Below, piece by piece: positions 41,139 through 42,516 of a stretch of 42,516 nt of DNA (the stretch's first letter is position 1; every line of letters begins with the position of its first letter). The position numbers and the translations under genes were made by a program. The notes beneath the pieces were generated by a model. That model did no database searches. It was not told the origin of the DNA and saw only the letters and a program-made list of their open reading frames with translations. This DNA is from an uncultured Candidatus Saccharibacteria bacterium. GTDB lineage: Bacteria; Patescibacteriota; Minisyncoccia; Phycocordibacterales; JAACPR01. The DNA lies in contig CAYOAC010000003.1 of NCBI GenBank assembly GCA_964401885.1, positions 1-42,516 of the forward strand, in the 5' to 3' direction.

Positions 41139-42006
41139 TAAAAAAATAAAAATTATTACATTGTTAATTTTATTATTAATAGGGTGTATTTTATTTTTAA
41201 AATTGTTGCCAGATAAAGATATAGTTTCTGTTTATCATCAGACTAAATGGAGTGAGTATAATCCAGAAATAGAAAGGTCTATTAAAAAATATAAATATTC
41301 TGAAAAAATAAATTTAAGAACTGTTTATGGAGGAATTGCCTCTCATCATATTCCAACTACAATTCCTAATTTGGTTAATTTTTATTCTGATTTAAAAAAT
41401 AATCAATCAGTAAGAAAAATAATTATTATTGGCCCAGATCATAATGATGCTGGAAAATCTTCCATATCTGCTTCAAATGTTAGTTTTTTTACATCATATG
41501 GTGAAGTTAAACCAATAGAAAATCTATCCATTGAATTAGAGAAATCAGGTTTGGTAAGTATTGAAGAATCTCCATTTGATTTTGAACACTCAATCGGATC
41601 TCAAATTTTGGTTATTAGCAAAATTTTTCCAGGCGTTCAAGTAACCCCGATAATTTTTAGATCAGATATACCAAAGGGTCAAGCAAAAGCTCTGGGTGAA
41701 AAATTAGCTTCCTTAATGGATGAGGAAACAGTTTTGATTGCGAGCGTAGATTTTTCTCATTATCTTTCAACAAATCAATCGGCACCAATTGATAATAAAT
41801 CTGCTGATGTTATTAGAAATCTTGATCTTGAGTCGATACATTTAATTGAAGCAGATTCGAATGAGACATTAGAAACCTTTATGATTGTTATGAACAATAA
41901 AAAAGCTTTCGATAATGATAAAGTTGAAGTTCTGAATACAAATGATTTGATGCAAAACTTTGACTATACAACAGGGTACGTTTTTGGTTTTTGGGGTATT
42001 AAATAA
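41113..42006 (+). CDS. Memo-like / AmmeMemoRadiSam system protein B-like protein, possible lipoprotein
   Basis: GGIASHHIP, IIIIGPDHN and ASVDFSHYL motifs. The N-terminal LLLIGC is lipobox-like. It overlaps the A2M 3' end by 26 nt. Confidence 0.5.
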   Translation: MKIRSLLNNKKIKIITLLILLLIGCILFLKLLPDKDIVSVYHQTKWSEYNPEIERSIKKYKYSEKINLRTVYGGIASHHIPTTIPNLVNFYSDLKNNQSVRKIIIIGPDHNDAGKSSISASNVSFFTSYGEVKPIENLSIELEKSGLVSIEESPFDFEHSIGSQILVISKIFPGVQVTPIIFRSDIPKGQAKALGEKLASLMDEETVLIASVDFSHYLSTNQSAPIDNKSADVIRNLDLESIHLIEADSNETLETFMIVMNNKKAFDNDKVEVLNTNDLMQNFDYTTGYVFGFWGIK

Positions 42007-42086
42007 TCTATTATGATTTCAATAAAGATAGTATACTGCCATTGAATTGTCTGTTTGATTTTGATTTATTAAAATAATTTATAATT

Positions 42087-42516
42087 ATGCAATTTCCACT
42101 TAAAACTAGGTATGATGGTCGTTCAGGCGAAGTTTATTTTTTTGAATATTATGATGCAGATACTTTGGAAGGATTGCCAAAAGAAAATTTTAATCAGGTT
42201 GGTGTTTTGGCTTTTTATAAAGGTAGATTACTAATTGTTGATAATGTTTCAAAGCCAGGTACTTATGGGCCTGTAATGGGTAGTATCGAAAAGGGTGAAA
42301 CTCCAGAAGAGGCTTTGATTAGAGAATTAATTGAAGAATCAAACATGAAGATTTTGGATTTTAAATTAATTGGATATCAGATATGTAAAAACGGCAACAA
42401 GCCAGAAGATCCAGAACAATATCAAATTAGATACTTTGCTAATGTGGAACCTTACGGACCTTTTGAAGGTGATCCTGATGGTGTCTTCGGGCAGCCCCTT
42501 TGCGCCCCACTTCTTC
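42087..42516 (+). CDS. Nudix hydrolase, 3' end outside the window
   Basis: Open from ATG 42087 to the window edge. It has an intact Nudix box, GSIEKGETPEEALIRELIEESN. Confidence 0.7.
   Translation, partial: MQFPLKTRYDGRSGEVYFFEYYDADTLEGLPKENFNQVGVLAFYKGRLLIVDNVSKPGTYGPVMGSIEKGETPEEALIRELIEESNMKILDFKLIGYQICKNGNKPEDPEQYQIRYFANVEPYGPFEGDPDGVFGQPLCAPLL

Noticed and set aside
1-42516. CRISPR arrays, tRNA/rRNA genes, integrases, transposases, prophage structural genes
   Set aside because: I scanned the intergenic regions and ORF translations. There are no spaced direct repeats, no tRNA-like T-arm/cloverleaf candidates, and no recombinase or capsid/terminase-like motifs. This was a visual scan only, so short or degenerate elements could have been missed.

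Overview
This is a 42.5 kb AT-rich bacterial window with about 38 protein genes. I found no rRNA, tRNA, CRISPR array, integrase or transposase. All calls rest on motif-level reading of the ORF translations and the DNA; no searches were run. The taxon cannot be determined, though the content fits a small or reduced genome.

The centre (about 19.2-33.8 kb) is an NAD+ salvage island. It holds pncB, pnuC-nadR, an nadE-nadD-HAD-like operon, a Nudix-type regulator (nrtR-like) and a nicotinamidase-like gene. These units are tied together by five copies of a TAGTGT-N7-ACACTA palindrome, each placed on or next to a TTGACA-17-(-10) promoter.

The most unusual unit is a four-gene operon at 26891-31603: PP2C-like phosphatase, atypical kinase, nicotinamidase-like hydrolase and TerY-like vWA protein. 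It is a TerY-P/yegIKL-type triad with an NAD-catabolite enzyme inserted, and it appears to sit under the same operator.

A second candidate module lies at 11957-17369: a dGTPase-like HD protein, a 955-aa protein with a C-terminal SLOG/LSDAT-like domain, a convergent nucleoside 2-deoxyribosyltransferase-like gene and a vWA lipoprotein.

Other content:
- an ABC exporter, tag, pheA, purF and a BI-1/YccA membrane protein
- an ATP-dependent ligase-like gene with a KxNG motif I
- a stand-alone SpoT/Mesh1-type HD hydrolase
- a roughly 1600-aa alpha-2-macroglobulin-like gene broken by two in-frame TGA codons
- a Memo-like gene and a partial Nudix gene at the window end

Two gene classes alternate along the window. 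Very AT-rich genes carry an extended -10 box 6-11 nt from the ATG and are probably leaderless. GC-richer genes have TTGACA promoters, longer leaders and GC-rich hairpin terminators.
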